A DNA stretch of 64,000 bases, taken from positions 112,344,001-112,408,000 of the forward strand of contig OX597822.1 in assembly GCA_951406725.2 (NCBI GenBank), read 5' to 3'. Numbering within the stretch: the stretch's first letter is position 1; every line of letters begins with the position of its first letter. Source of the stretch: Octopus vulgaris. Its lineage: Eukaryota. Shown in pieces: positions 1-12,756 of the stretch. The translations under genes and the position numbers were made by a program. The notes beneath the pieces are model-generated. The model was not told where the DNA came from. It did not search any database and saw only the letters and a list, made by a program, of their open reading frames with translations.

Positions 1-1461
1 TTCTGCTTAACCACTAAGGAGTAGATATTTCGAATCCTACCCTGAGTCAAGATATAGCTTTTTATAATGTAGTTCACTTAGTTATAAATGTTTTTACTCA
101 CTGGTAGGCTCCATCGCTGGTTATTTATTAAATGTTGCCCGACTTCATAACTGAATAGAAATACATTTTTTCCATAGTGGTAGAAATTGTAACTCCATTT
201 ACATTTCAAGATTGAAACTGAATTCCCTGCAATGCCAGGAGCAAAGGGCATGTTCCGAAGAACGTAAACTGCTTAGCTGTAATCAAGCTAATTACAACAA
301 AGAAGTATTTAAACATAAATTTTTGGCATCGTTCTTGATATAATGCCCCACTTTTCTTGAAAAGGAACAGAATTCCACCGAGTATTAATCTTCAGAGTGA
401 AGGATTGAGCACAACAGTTGATGCAAAGTTTAGTGGAACAGAAACATGTGCAATTAGTAAGAATCAGAGACAGGAGTTTCCTTGTGCTTCAGAAGTGGTG
501 CGATATAGATTCTGAAGAGCAAACTCTTAGTCTTACGGGATATCAATAGAAAACAGAAGACTCATGGAACACAATTTCAATAATTCCAACAGTTATCAAG
601 ACTAAGCGTTTGTTTAATATAATTTGATAGGCCATTATTTGAAAGCGGTGTACCATCCCTGAGATAAGAATCCTCTACCGTGGGTTTCGTAGAGAATCTT
701 GAATAACTCGAAGAGAAGAGATATTTCACTTGCTGCAAAAAAAGAAAAAAAAAAAAAGAATTTTCGCTAAAATAATTTAAAATCGTTAATGAATTATTAC
801 TCAAACTCGCAATTTATAAAGTTTCAGTTTTAATAAATTTTACTATGTATGTATGGGTGCGCGTGTGTACGCGCGCGTGTGTGTGTGTGCGTGTGTGTGT
901 ATTATTTTTACATGTCTGCACTAATATGTATGCATATTAGTGCAGACATGTAAACATAATTTAATATGTACTTAAATTATTACTACATGAAGAAGGCTGT
1001 GATTGAACCGTAGTCCTAAGGATGACAAGTGGTCACATAAATATATTCATCTCTCATACCTCTTGACTTTTTATGGTTTACATTAATTATATACGTAGGC
1101 ACCAAAATGTTGGTGTTTTTTTTATCGTGAGCAATTAATGTTTTGTACTCATGTTATCTTCAAAGTAAACAAGGAGATTGTCGTTGGTATTGATATATTA
1201 TTGGTATATTATTGATGTAATATTATTATTGAGGTGACGCTGGTTGATTGGTAGAAATGGTTGAGTACCCAACAGAATCAATATTAAAGTGCCTCTTTGG
1301 TCTTCATTCTCTTGGGAGTCGATAAAGTTAAAAACCAGTTATATTCATCTCTCATACCTCTTGACTATTTATGGTTGACATTAATTATATACGTACGCAC
1401 CAAAATGTTGGTGTTTTTTTAATCGTGAGCAATTAATGTTTTGTACTCTTTTATCTTCAAA

Positions 1462-1815
1462 GTCATTTGACTGTGGCTATGCTGGGGCACCGCCTTTAGT
1501 CGGACAAATTGACCCCAGGACTTATTCTTTGTAAGCCTAGTACTTATTCTACGGGGACGTAAACACACCAGCATCGGTTGTCAAGCGATGCTGGAGGTAC
1601 AAACACAGTCACACAAACACACACACACACATATATATATGTACATATATACGACGGGCTTCTTTCAGTTTCCGTCTATCAAATCCACTCACAAGGCTTT
1701 GGTCAGCCCGAGGCTATAGTAGAAGGCACTTGCTCAAGGTGCCACGCAGTGGGACTGAACCTGGAACCATGTGGTTCGTAAGCAAGCTATTTACCACACA
1801 TCCCCTCATGCGTAT
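1462..1815 (-). mobile_element. tRNA-derived SINE family A (CORE-like ccttgggcaagtgtctt, internal microsatellite, (AAAGAGT)n tail)
   Basis: Shared consensus. Other copies approx. 15000-15657(-), 20082-20240(+), 22788-23090(+), 24855-25293(+), 25795-26007(+), 30325-30760(-), 35623-35978(+), 40378-40635(-), 44200-44320(+), 45945-46416(+), 59890-60505(-), 61824-62260(+), 62948-63367(-). Confidence 0.9.
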
Positions 1816-1853
1816 GTAAGAAAACATTATTATTATTATTATTGTTATTGTTA

Positions 1854-2875
1854 AGGCGGCGAGCTGGCAGAACCCTTAGCACGGCGGGGCAAAATGCTTA
1901 GCGGCATTTCGTTCGTCTTTACGTTCTGAGTTCAATTTCCGCCGAGGTCGTCTTTGCTTTTCATTCTATCAGGGTCGAAAAAATAAGTACCAATTGAGCA
2001 CTGGGGTCGATGTAATCAACTTAAAATTATTGACCTTGTGCCTATTGTAGAAAGGATTATTGTTAAGGTGACGAACAGACATAATTATCAGCTAGTCGGA
2101 CAAAATGCTCTGCTGCATTTCTTCCGGTTCTTTACGTTCTGGGTTAAAATTTCGTGGAGTTCGACTTTGCTTTCATCCTTTCGGCGTTGATGAAATAAAT
2201 ATCAGTTGAGCCCTGAAGTCGATGCAATCGAATTCCCCTCTCCCCAAAAGCTAGAAACAATTATTATTATTATTATTATTGTTAAGGTAGAGGAGTGACA
2301 AAATCGTTTGCGAGTCAGACGAAATGCTTCGGTTCCTTACATTCTGAGTTCAAATTTCGTCGAGGTCGATTTTGCCTTTCATCCTTTCGGCGTCCATAAA
2401 ATAAAATTCCAGTCAACTACTGGTATCGATGTAATCGCCTAAACCCCTCCCCTAAAATTGCTGGCCTAGTACCAAATTTTGAAACCAGAAGGCGGCGAGC
2501 TGCTCAGAGCTGCTCAGAGCTTCGGAAAAAAGTGCCTTGCAAAATTTGTTCTAGCTTTTCACCCGAGTTCAAATTGTGCAGAGATCAATTTTACCTTTCG
2601 TCCCTTCGAGGTCGACAGAATAAGTACCAGTTGAGTACTAGGGGGTGATGTAATTGACTAGTTCCTCCCCCACAATATCAGGCCTTGTGCCTTTCGTAGA
2701 AGTAATTATTCGTATTGTTAGGAGCAGAAGCGGTGAATTGGCAAAATCATTAGAACAAAATGCATTTGTCAGAAAAAAATGCGTTTTGACATTGATTCCA
2801 ACTCTGTACATTCCAAGTTCAAGTCCCGTCGAGGTCAACTTTGTCTTTCATTCTTTTCGGGGTCGATGAAATAAA
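1854..2875 (+). mobile_element. Cluster of ~5 head-to-tail SINE family B copies (tRNA head plus Nin-like domain)
   Basis: Repeated ggcggcgagctggcagaa...gagttcaaatt...gtcgactttgcctttcatcctttcggggtcgat..agtaccagtt. Confidence 0.85.
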
Positions 2876-5800
2876 GTTTGCATTATTACAAATACAACAC
2901 AAATTAATTACCACAAAGCCAATTAAATAATAAACCTCCTGCAATTCCTAGGTGGAAGCAGTATTTTAGAATAAAGAGATGTTCAAAAGCGATGTTGATT
3001 CTTGTGCAAAATTCAGTCTCTCATCACATGTGATGCTCGAATCATAACAATAACTAACCGTTTCCAATAATATTACAATGTGGTTCTTTTTTTTTTCTTC
3101 TATTAAACCCATCTCAAAACAACAGCAGCATATAACAAACAAACAAAAAATAAAATCATTACAAAAAAAAATAACATAAACAGCAGGAACAAGAACATCA
3201 ATAATATTAACAACAACAACAAAAATATATTTGTCGATCATGCTTTGTTTACGCAAGAATCTAGCCTCATATTGGAATAACAGAGCAACAACGATAACGT
3301 CAACAGCAGCCGTGGCAATAAATTCCTCCACTCCGCCATTGGAAATACTGAAATAAGCAATATTGCAATAAAAACAAAAATTACAAACCCAAAACTCACT
3401 CAGCTTTGGTCATTTGTTATTATGCTCCTCTCCCTCTCATTTTTTTTGTATATATACTGTATATAGACGGCTGCTGGCAATCCTCTTGATACTAACACAT
3501 TGACTCATCACTGACCCATTAACAGCAGACGACATTAATTTATTCCCATGTCAGATTCTAATTGGCTGGAATCATTGTCAATTCCTACTCATAGTTCGAT
3601 GGTTCACATCTGCTGATTGAAAGTGAAACGATTACCCACCCACCCATCCATCCATCCATCCATCCACACATACATACATAAATTCATACACAGATATACA
3701 CACGTGCACACACATGCATGCATACATACATACATAAACACACACACGCACACACACACACACAAATATATACATACACATTATGCATATATACGCACAA
3801 TTGTATGTATATATATATATATGATTTTATAAAATCATTTATATTTGTATATATCATTTATAATATTTATGTATTATCTTTATAACATATCTATTTACAA
3901 ACAAGTAGGTATATACACACACTCACTCACATAGATATATACACACTCTCTTAAATATGTATCCTTTAAATATATATACATGCATGCAAATAAAAGAACA
4001 AAAATGCCATCATGTCACATTTCTGTGGAAGATCTCGCACACATGATAAGCAGTTGCCCAAAAATATCTTCAAGGTATTACTTCTCAATGTGATAAAGCG
4101 TTGTCGCTAAAACAATAAACAATGCCATCCGATGAAAAGACTGCCCAGGTATATATCCTCTTGATAATGAATACATATGTAAACCTAAACATAAAGAATA
4201 TCGATGAAGCATGCCCATAAAATTTCTACGAAGTGAAACATAAAAGACTAGATATAATAATACGAAAAAATATGTACCGTCGTTCAGGTCAGCTGTCCTT
4301 CTTTACGTGACTATCTCTTCGAAAATCAAAGAGGAAGAAAACTATGGACAACTACTTCGAAACCTCGGCTTCTATACCCAAATCATAAATTCAATTTTAC
4401 ATAGATACATACATGCATGTGGAGGCACATGGCCCAGTGGTCAGAGCAGCGGACTCGCGATCGAGGGATCGCGAGTTCGAATCTCAGACCGAACGATGTA
4501 TATGTTTGTGAGCGAAACACCTAGGCTCCACGCGGCTCTGGCAGAAGGTAATGGCGAACTTCTGCTGACTCTTTCGCCACAACTTTCTCTCTCACTCTTC
4601 CCTCTTGCAGCTCACCTGCGATGGACCGGCATCCCGTCCAGGAGCCACTTTCCCAAACAATGCTCAAAATTGTTACGAATAGAAAAATCATTGAATTTTT
4701 AAGATAATGAAAGCACCTATCCAGTTTGCTTTCAGCTTTTTATAATGGCACCAAGGTTCTGACTGAAAGAACATGGAAACATACTTTTTTTCTGGCAGAA
4801 ATCCAGGTCTCAAAATGACACTTCACTATCTATGTCAGTAGGCTGCAGTGAATCTTCATCTTCAATATCCTGAGTCGATATACTACTCATATTTTTGGCA
4901 GATGTACTTGGGAGTGCAACTAGTTTCTCAAAAGAGACATTTGTTACTGAATCGTCATTAAATCCTAAGTTTTCCTTTTTCGAAGCAAAAAAAAAATTAT
5001 GCAAGATATTGTGTTCTTGCCAATGCAGTAGCATATTTTCACATCTTTCTTTCTTCGGAAAATTTTTTTGGAGACAGCTGAATATTCCGTAGTATATTGG
5101 ATATTCCGGGTGGAAATATAATCCGAACAAAAGCAAAGAGAAAATAGTCTCAAGAGCAAAAGAGGAACCGACAAGAACCATGTACACGCACTTCATGTAA
5201 TCTATCACAAGCATACTAAGCTAGGCAGTTTATACATATCTCTGTTACTCTCACGCCTGGGGGCAGATAAGTAGGCCAGGAACCAAAGTAAATCGTCAAT
5301 AGAAAAGTGTTAAAGTGACTAACAGTAAATCAATGACTACAGATTAAAGATTTCGTTTCCATTAAATTACTTATCTTCAGAATTATGCATTACTTCCATG
5401 GGGCCCTGGAAACAAAGAAGCACCATAAACGCTTCAGAGAAAATATAGGCTTTTAAAGGAATTGTGTATTTCATAGATTCTTCTAAATTTTAAACAATCA
5501 TGTCACGGTTTTTTAGCTACTTTCACTTTTGTTTATAAAAATGGCGTCTGCAGACGTAACAATTCAAATCATTTTGTGAGGGAAGAGGGTATTTTGGATT
5601 GAAATTAAGATGAGTTGTTAGTAACATCCTTGAGTTTATTTTTTATGTCCCAACATTTTCCCAATTTTCTTTTTTAAATTCACCGATTTACAAGCAGGGA
5701 CTTATCGTAGTAGACATCCGCTGACCGAAAATTGGCAGATATAAACAAATTGAACAGGTACTAAATCACTATCATTAATGAAATTGTTTTTGCGAACAAT

Positions 5801-6229
5801 AACAACAAATTGGTAGGCCAGTGCCTCGGGAGACTGACTGACATATGAACCTTAAAACACGAGGAAATATATCGAAAAGGATGAAAATAAAGAATAAATA
5901 AATAAAGAAAGAAAGGAAAAGATTTGGTTTAATGAAAAGCAAAAATTTGAACAAGTCATTTTCCTAAGTTCAAAGAGAGAGGAAAAAAATGTTTTTATCT
6001 GAAAAAGATAATTTTATTATTTAATCTGTAAAGCAAACATTTAAATTTTGGAAGCCAAACAGTCGTAAATATGACCAGCGTACCAAAATAGACTTCCATG
6101 TCAAGAACATTAATGAAGCTTAGGGACTGGCAATAGATGTGAGTGCGTTACAAAACCTAAAATTTATGGGTTGTTGTAGGGTCATAAGAAGAAAAAGAAA
6201 AACCTTGAACTAGAGACCCGACTATCTCT

Positions 6230-7120
6230 ACCTTTTTATACATACATAAAAAGTATTGAATATTTCCCATTGTTATTCTTTGCTCGCAGGTTTAATGTTG
6301 AGCAACTGGTGTCGCTAAAATGGACAAATATTTTAAAAAGATTGTTTTTATAAGAAGCAGATAGGAGAAGGCCCGCTTCATGAAAGGTTGTTGGGAAGTG
6401 TGGAGGGCCCACTGCCCGATACTGAGCGAGGGCCTGGGGCAATTGCCCCTTTGTTTCCCTATAAATCCGGCTATGTAACTTTCCAACAATTGAGCTTTTC
6501 TTATCTTTGTTAGAAACCAGCTTCTTCCTTGCAAGAAGACTTCAAATAATTAAAAATAGAACAGAACATGCATAAACATATATATTCTTGTAATATATTC
6601 CATCCGTAAGCAATATATCATAACTCTGTATTCATAGTCCGAAGTTCTATTCAACAATCACAGTGAAACACAACACAGTTTTGCATGAATAAGGCTTACA
6701 TAAAACTACCATCAAATGTAGAAAATTATGGAATAATTTTGAGCGCAAACTGTTAAGTAATTTAAAGTAGTGCTTTGCTCGGTACAGAAATCAGGAACAA
6801 ATTTTTCTTGTTTAAGATGCGTTCTTGAGTATTCTGCAATTTCATTTCAGATACACGTCTTTGCATATTTAGTGAAATACTACATTTCTAGAAAGAAGTA
6901 GACTTTATGGGGAAAGATCCTGCTTTAGCCTGTATTAACTTCATTTATTTTCAACTGATGTTCTTTTCGTTGCGGTAATAAATCTAATATCTTAACTCAA
7001 AACTTCGATCACTGAGTTCAGGATATAACTTTTGCTGTCGGCGTTCTGCTGTAAGTATAATTTTGTATGGCAGCAAGCGAAGAATATTTTTGTTTTTTTT
7101 TTCAATATTTTTCGAAAGTG
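6230..7120 (-). mobile_element. Decayed hAT-family transposase/terminus fragments (also ~10500-11400, 13000-13750, 14180-14600, 4650-5400)
   Basis: Degenerate motifs resembling KYFS.., Q.RI...N....VP..H.LN and C.TRWSSR..AV (near 14460). A GGCC/GGGCCC-rich terminus-like block at 6400-6475. Confidence 0.5.
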
Positions 7121-7169
7121 ATGCCTTAATCTCAGGAATTACCTAACTTATTATGGCGCTAATAATACT

Positions 7170-7961
7170 GATTTCAAATTTCGGCACAAGGCCAGCAATT
7201 TCGGAGGAGAGGGTAAGTTGATTACATCAACTTTAGTGCTCGACTGGTACTTATTTTATAGACTCCGAAAAGAGAAAAGGCAAAGTCGACCTCGGCGGAA
7301 TTTGAACTGAAAACGCGATGGGCGAAATACCTATTTCTTTACTGCCGATAAGGGGCTACACACAGAGAGGACAAACAAGGACAGACAAACGGATTAAGTC
7401 GATTACCTCGACCCCAGTACGTAACTGGTACTTATTTAATCGACCCCGAAAGGATGAAAGGCAAAGTCGACCTCGGTGGAATTTGAACTCAGAACGTAAC
7501 TGCAGACGAAATACCTATTTCTTTCCTACCAACAAGGGGCTAAACACAGGGGACAAACAAGGACAGACAAACGGATTAAGTCGATTATATCGACCCCAGT
7601 GCGTAACTGGTACTTATTTAATCGACCCCGAAAGGATGAAAGGCAAAGTCGACCTCGGCGGAATTTGAACTCAGAACGTAACGGCAGACAAAATACCTAT
7701 TTCTTTATTACCCACAAGGGGCTAAACATAGAGAGGACAAACAAGGACAGACATAGGTATTAAGTCGATTATATCGACCCCAGTGCTTAACTGGTACTTA
7801 ATTTATCGATCCCAGTGCTTAACTGGTACTTAATTTATCGACCCCGAAAAGATGAAAGGCAAAGTCGACGTCGGCGGAATTTGAACTCACAACGTAACGG
7901 CAGCCGAAATACCGCTAAGCATTTCGCCCGACGTGCTAACGATTCTGCCAGCTCGCCGCCT
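7170..7961 (-). mobile_element. Nested/tandem array of SINE family B (other copies 8680-8895, 11455-12012, 12760-12975, 17565-18510, 25330-25515, 29695-30240, 31217-31446)
   Basis: ~185 bp units joined at aaagaaata|ggtatttcgtc. Confidence 0.9.
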
Positions 7962-8299
7962 TAATAACAGTAATAACATTACCTTCAATTGTTTAAAATT
8001 ATTATTAATTGATAAGTAATACTCTTAGCCACTTCAACATGACTGTCCGTTCGAACGGACTCCACTGCGATTTTTTAACCCCAAAATGACATTTCCTCTA
8101 GCTGGTTAATGATGCAAAGCTTGAGGAGACGTCCTCTTTGGGATAAAAAATCGCAGTAGAGTTCGTTCGAACGGACAACCATGTTGAAGTGGCTAAGAGT
8201 ATTACTTGTCAGTAGAACTACTGCGTTAATCTTCTTAGAACGAGCATTTTTGCTTATTGTTAATTATTTTTGTACATCTTAGACACTTAGGTGTTTAAC

Positions 8300-8660
8300 T
8301 GTCCGGGCATTTCAGTTAGTGAACAGTCAACAAGTTGATAGCAGTGCCTTACTGCTACCTCTCCTGTTCCACACAAAGACAAGACTTTCTTTAAAATGCT
8401 TGCAATGCCAAGAAATGCTGTTTTATCTGTATCGCCTGCAATCTCGCGTCAAGTTCGATCGTATTCACACGGTCCTTGAAACTCTCTGTTATGCATCGCA
8501 ATGCTCCGATCCCCACGAGAATCATTGGAACCATCATCATCCTCCACAACTTTCCAACCTTCTCCTTCACTGGCTCATACTTCTCCTTTTTTTGCATGCT
8601 CTTTCCCTTTCACTCTACAATCTCCTGCGATAGAGATATCGATAATTTGAGCCACTTCTT
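8300..8660 (-). mobile_element. RLE-type non-LTR retrotransposon 3' fragment (duplicate at ~12350-12712)
   Basis: IIDISIAGDCRVKGKE / KKEKYEPVKEKVGKLWRMMMVPMILVGIGAL, frameshifted. Confidence 0.75.
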
Positions 8661-9687
8661 TCTTTCTTTCTTCTTCTTGCGCTGAACTAGCAGAGTCGTT
8701 AGCGTGTGAGACAAAATGCTTTGCGGTATTTGGCCCGACCATTTATGTTCTGAGTTCAAATTCTACCGAAGTCGGCTTTGCCTTTCATCTTTTCGGAGTT
8801 GTCAAAATAAGTACTGGTTTTAGAACTGGAGTCGATGTAATAGACTTACCCACTCCCCCCGAAATTGCTGGCCTTGTGCCAAAATTTGAAACCAATATCA
8901 TATGAATAGTGTTCAATGTTTCGTGTCAAACAGTTCAGTTGCTATCTTGACTTGGAACAGAAAAGAAAATATATTCTCTCAGAATATAGTATTTAAAAAT
9001 TCAGCTCATGTATTTAATTATTTAACATTCAACTCTCAGATCAGCAAACATTTAAAGCACATCAATTTAAAGATATAAACAGATTTAACTGTAGAGTATG
9101 ATGAGCAATACCCAGTAAACAATGGAAGTATGCACGAACAACCGTAATGTCATACAGAAGAATTTTGTTTCAACTGTTCTGATCTCTTAATCGTTGAAAT
9201 AAATGCGGTTACTGTTTTGTTCTTATTTGCAATGGCCCAGAGCGTTCCAAATATGACTGCCCCGTCTTTTATTTAGATAGCGTATCTTGGCCAATATTAT
9301 CTATTGTGTCCCTTTTTATGAGAGTACAGCAACTTTGCTTTTTAGTATAATCATTAACTTTGATATTGGAATTATGTTGAAGGATTTAGCTTCAATAATG
9401 GCCTGAGCGAATTTAAGACTGTGGCTGTAGAAGAAATAAATCCGACAATTCCCAGATATTTCCCTCATCTTTAAATCCGTCCCTCCACACTGCCAGGAAG
9501 GAAGGATATAAATAGTCTGTCAATAAATGGTAAAAAGGGGAGTCATTTATTCGCATCACGGCGTAATACATTTATCACCCAAAACTCACAGATTAAATTT
9601 TTCTCTACTCTTCTTCTTTCATCTGAGAAGCATATTTTCAACATTGAATTCTTCCCAAATTTTCCTCAGCTATTACAGATTGGACAG

Positions 9688-10070
9688 TGGAGGCGCAATG
9701 GCCCAGTGGTTAGGGCAGCGGACTCGCGGTCGTAGGATCACGGTTTCGATTCCCAGACCGGGCGTTGTGAGTGTTTATTGAGCGAAAACACCTAAAAAGC
9801 TCCACGAGGCTCCGGCAGAGGATGGTGGTGATCCCTGCTGTACTCTTTCACCACAACTTTCTCTCACTCTTACTTCCTGTTTCTGTTGTACCTGTATTTC
9901 AAAGGGCCGGCCTTGTCACTCTCTGTGTCACGCTGAATATCCCCGAGAACTACGTTAAGGGTGCACGTGTCTGTGGAGTGCTCAGCCACTTACACGTTAA
10001 TTTCACGAGCAGGCTGTTCCGTTGATTCGGATCAACCGGAACACTCGTTGTCGTAACCGACGGAGTGCTT
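9688..10070 (+). mobile_element. tRNA-derived SINE family C (copies 4420-4640, 13769-14150, 29130-29395, 46504-46808)
   Basis: tggaggcgcaatggcccagtggttagggcagcggactcgcgg...ggtttcgattcccagacc head. Two alternative 3' tails are seen among the copies. Confidence 0.85.
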
Positions 10071-12711
10071 CCACGGATTGGACAATTTGCAGGCGAATGA
10101 AATTGTTTTTGCGAACAATAACAGCAAATTGGTAGGGCAATGCCGCGGGAGACTGACTGACATATGAACCTTAAAACACGAGGAAATATATCGAAAAGGA
10201 TGAAAGTAAAGAATAAATAAAGAAAGAAAGAAAGGAAAAGATTTGGTTTAATGAAAAGCAAAAATTTGAACAAGTCATTTTCCTAAGTTCAAAGAGAGAG
10301 GAAAAAAATGTTTTTATCTGAAAGAGATAATTTTATAATTTGACCAGCGTACCAAAATAGACTTCCATGTCAAGAACACTAATGAAACTTAGGGACTGGC
10401 AATAAATGTGAGTGCGTTACAAAACCTAAAATTTATGGGTTGTTGCAGGGTCATAAGAAGAAAAAAGAAAAACCTTGAACTAGAGACAGAAACTTCAACC
10501 TGACTTAATCTACCTTTTTATGTAGAAATACATACATAAAAAGTACTGAATATTTCCCATTGTTATTCTTTGCTCGCAGGTTTAATGTTGAGCAACTGGT
10601 GTCGCTAAAATGGACAAATATTTTAAAAAGATTGTTTTTATAAGAAGTATATAGGAGAAGGCCCGCTTCATGAAATATTGTTGGGAAGTGTGGAGGGCCC
10701 ACCGCCCGATACTGAGCGAGGGCCCGGGGCAATTGCCCCTTTGTTCCCCTATAAATCCGGCTATGTAACTTTCCAACAATTGAGCTTTTCTTATTTTGTT
10801 AGAAACTAGCTTCTTCCTTGCAAAAAGACTTAAAATAATTAAAAATAGAACAGAACATGCATACACATATATATTCTTGTAATATATTCCATCCGTAAGT
10901 AATGTATCATAACTCTGTATTCATAGTCCGAAGTTCTATTCAACAATCATAGTGAAACACAACACAGTTTTGCATGAATAAGGCTTACATAAAACTACCA
11001 TCAAATGCAGAAAATTATGGAATGATTTTGAGCGCAAACTGTTAAGTAATTTAAAGTAGTGCTTTGCTCGGTACAGAAACCAGGAACAAATTTTTCTTGT
11101 TTAAGATGCGTTCTTGAGTAATCTGCAATTTCATTTCAGATACACGTCCTTGCATATTTAGTGATATACTACATTTCTAGAAAGAAGTAGACTTTATGGG
11201 GAAAGATCCTGCTTTAGCCTGTATTAACTTCATTTATTTTCAACTGATCTTTTTTTCGTTGCTGTAATAAATCTAATATCTTAACTCAAAACTTCGATCA
11301 CTGAGTTCAAGATATAACTTTTGCTGTCGGCGTTCTGCAGTAAGTATAATTTTGCATGGCAGCAAGCGAAGAATATTTTTGTTTTTTCTCAATATTCTTC
11401 GAAAGTTAGGTAATTCTCAAGAATTACCTAACTTATTATGGCGCTAATAATACTGATTTCAAATTTCGGCACAAGGCTCGACTGGTAATTATTTTCTCGA
11501 CTCCGAAAAGAGAAAAGGCAAAGTCGACCTCGGCGGAATTTGAACTGAAAACGCGATGGGCGAAATACCTATTTCTTTACTGCCGATAAGGGGCTACACA
11601 CAGAGAGGACAAACAAGGACAGACAAACTGATTAAGTCGCTTACCTTTCGGGGTCGATTAAATAAGTACCAGTTACGCACTGGTGCGTAACTGGTACTTA
11701 TTTGATCGACCCCGAAAGGATGAAAGGCAAAGTCGACCTCGGCGGAATTTGAACTCAGAACGTAGCGGCAGACAAAATACCTATATCTTTACTACCCACA
11801 AGGGGCTAAACATAGAGGGGACAAACAAGGACAGGCATAGGTATTAAGTCGATCATATCGACCCCAGTGAGTAACTGGTACTTAATTTATCGACCCCGAA
11901 AGGATGAAAGGAAAAGTCGACCTCGGCGGAATTTGAACTCACAACGTAACGGCAGACAAAATACCGCTAAGCATTTCGCCCGGCGCGCTAACGTTTCTGT
12001 CAGCTCGCCGCCTATATGGCTCTAATAACATTACGTTCAATTGTTTAAAATTATTATTAATTTATAAGTAATACTCTTAGCCACTTCAACATGGCTGTCC
12101 GTTCGAACGGACTCTACTGCGATTTTTTAACCCCAAAATGACATTTCCTCTAGCTGGTTAATGATGCAAAGCTTGAGGAGACATCCTCTTTGGGATAAAA
12201 AATCGCAGTAGAGTTCGTTCGAACGAATAGCCATGTTGAAGTGGCTACGAGTATTACTTGTCAGTAGAACTACTGCGTTAATCTTCTTAGAACGAGCATT
12301 TTTGCTTATTGTTAATTATTTTTGTACATCTTAGACACTTAGATGTTTAACTGTCCGGGCATTTCAGTTAGTGAACAGTCAACAACAAGTTGATAGCAGT
12401 ACCTTACTGCAACCTCTCCTGTTCCACACAAAGACAAGACTTTCTTTAAAATGCTTGCAATGCCAAGAAATGCTGTTTTATCTGTATGGCCTGTAATCTC
12501 GCGTCAATTTCGATCGTATTCACACGGTCCTTGAAACTCTCTGTTATGCATCGCAATGCTCCGATCCCCACGAGAATCATTGGAACCATCATCATCCTCC
12601 ACAACTTTCCAACCTTCTCCTTCACTGGCTCATACTTCTCCTTTTTTTGCATGCTCTTTCCCTTTCACTCTACAATCTCCTGCGATAGAGATATCGATAA
12701 TTTGAGCCACT

Positions 12712-12756
<45 letters not shown>

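Noticed and set aside
505-545. CTGAAGA hammerhead-like core (also minus strand near 5375)
   Set aside because: No stem II/GAAA/stem I arrangement follows.
7240-7960. Regularly spaced repeats resembling a CRISPR array
   Set aside because: Whole ~185-bp units repeat with no unique spacers; these are SINE multimers in a eukaryotic context.
9688-9762. tRNA-like sequence with A and B boxes
   Set aside because: It continues into a SINE body with no clean cloverleaf or terminator, so it is a SINE head, not a tRNA gene.
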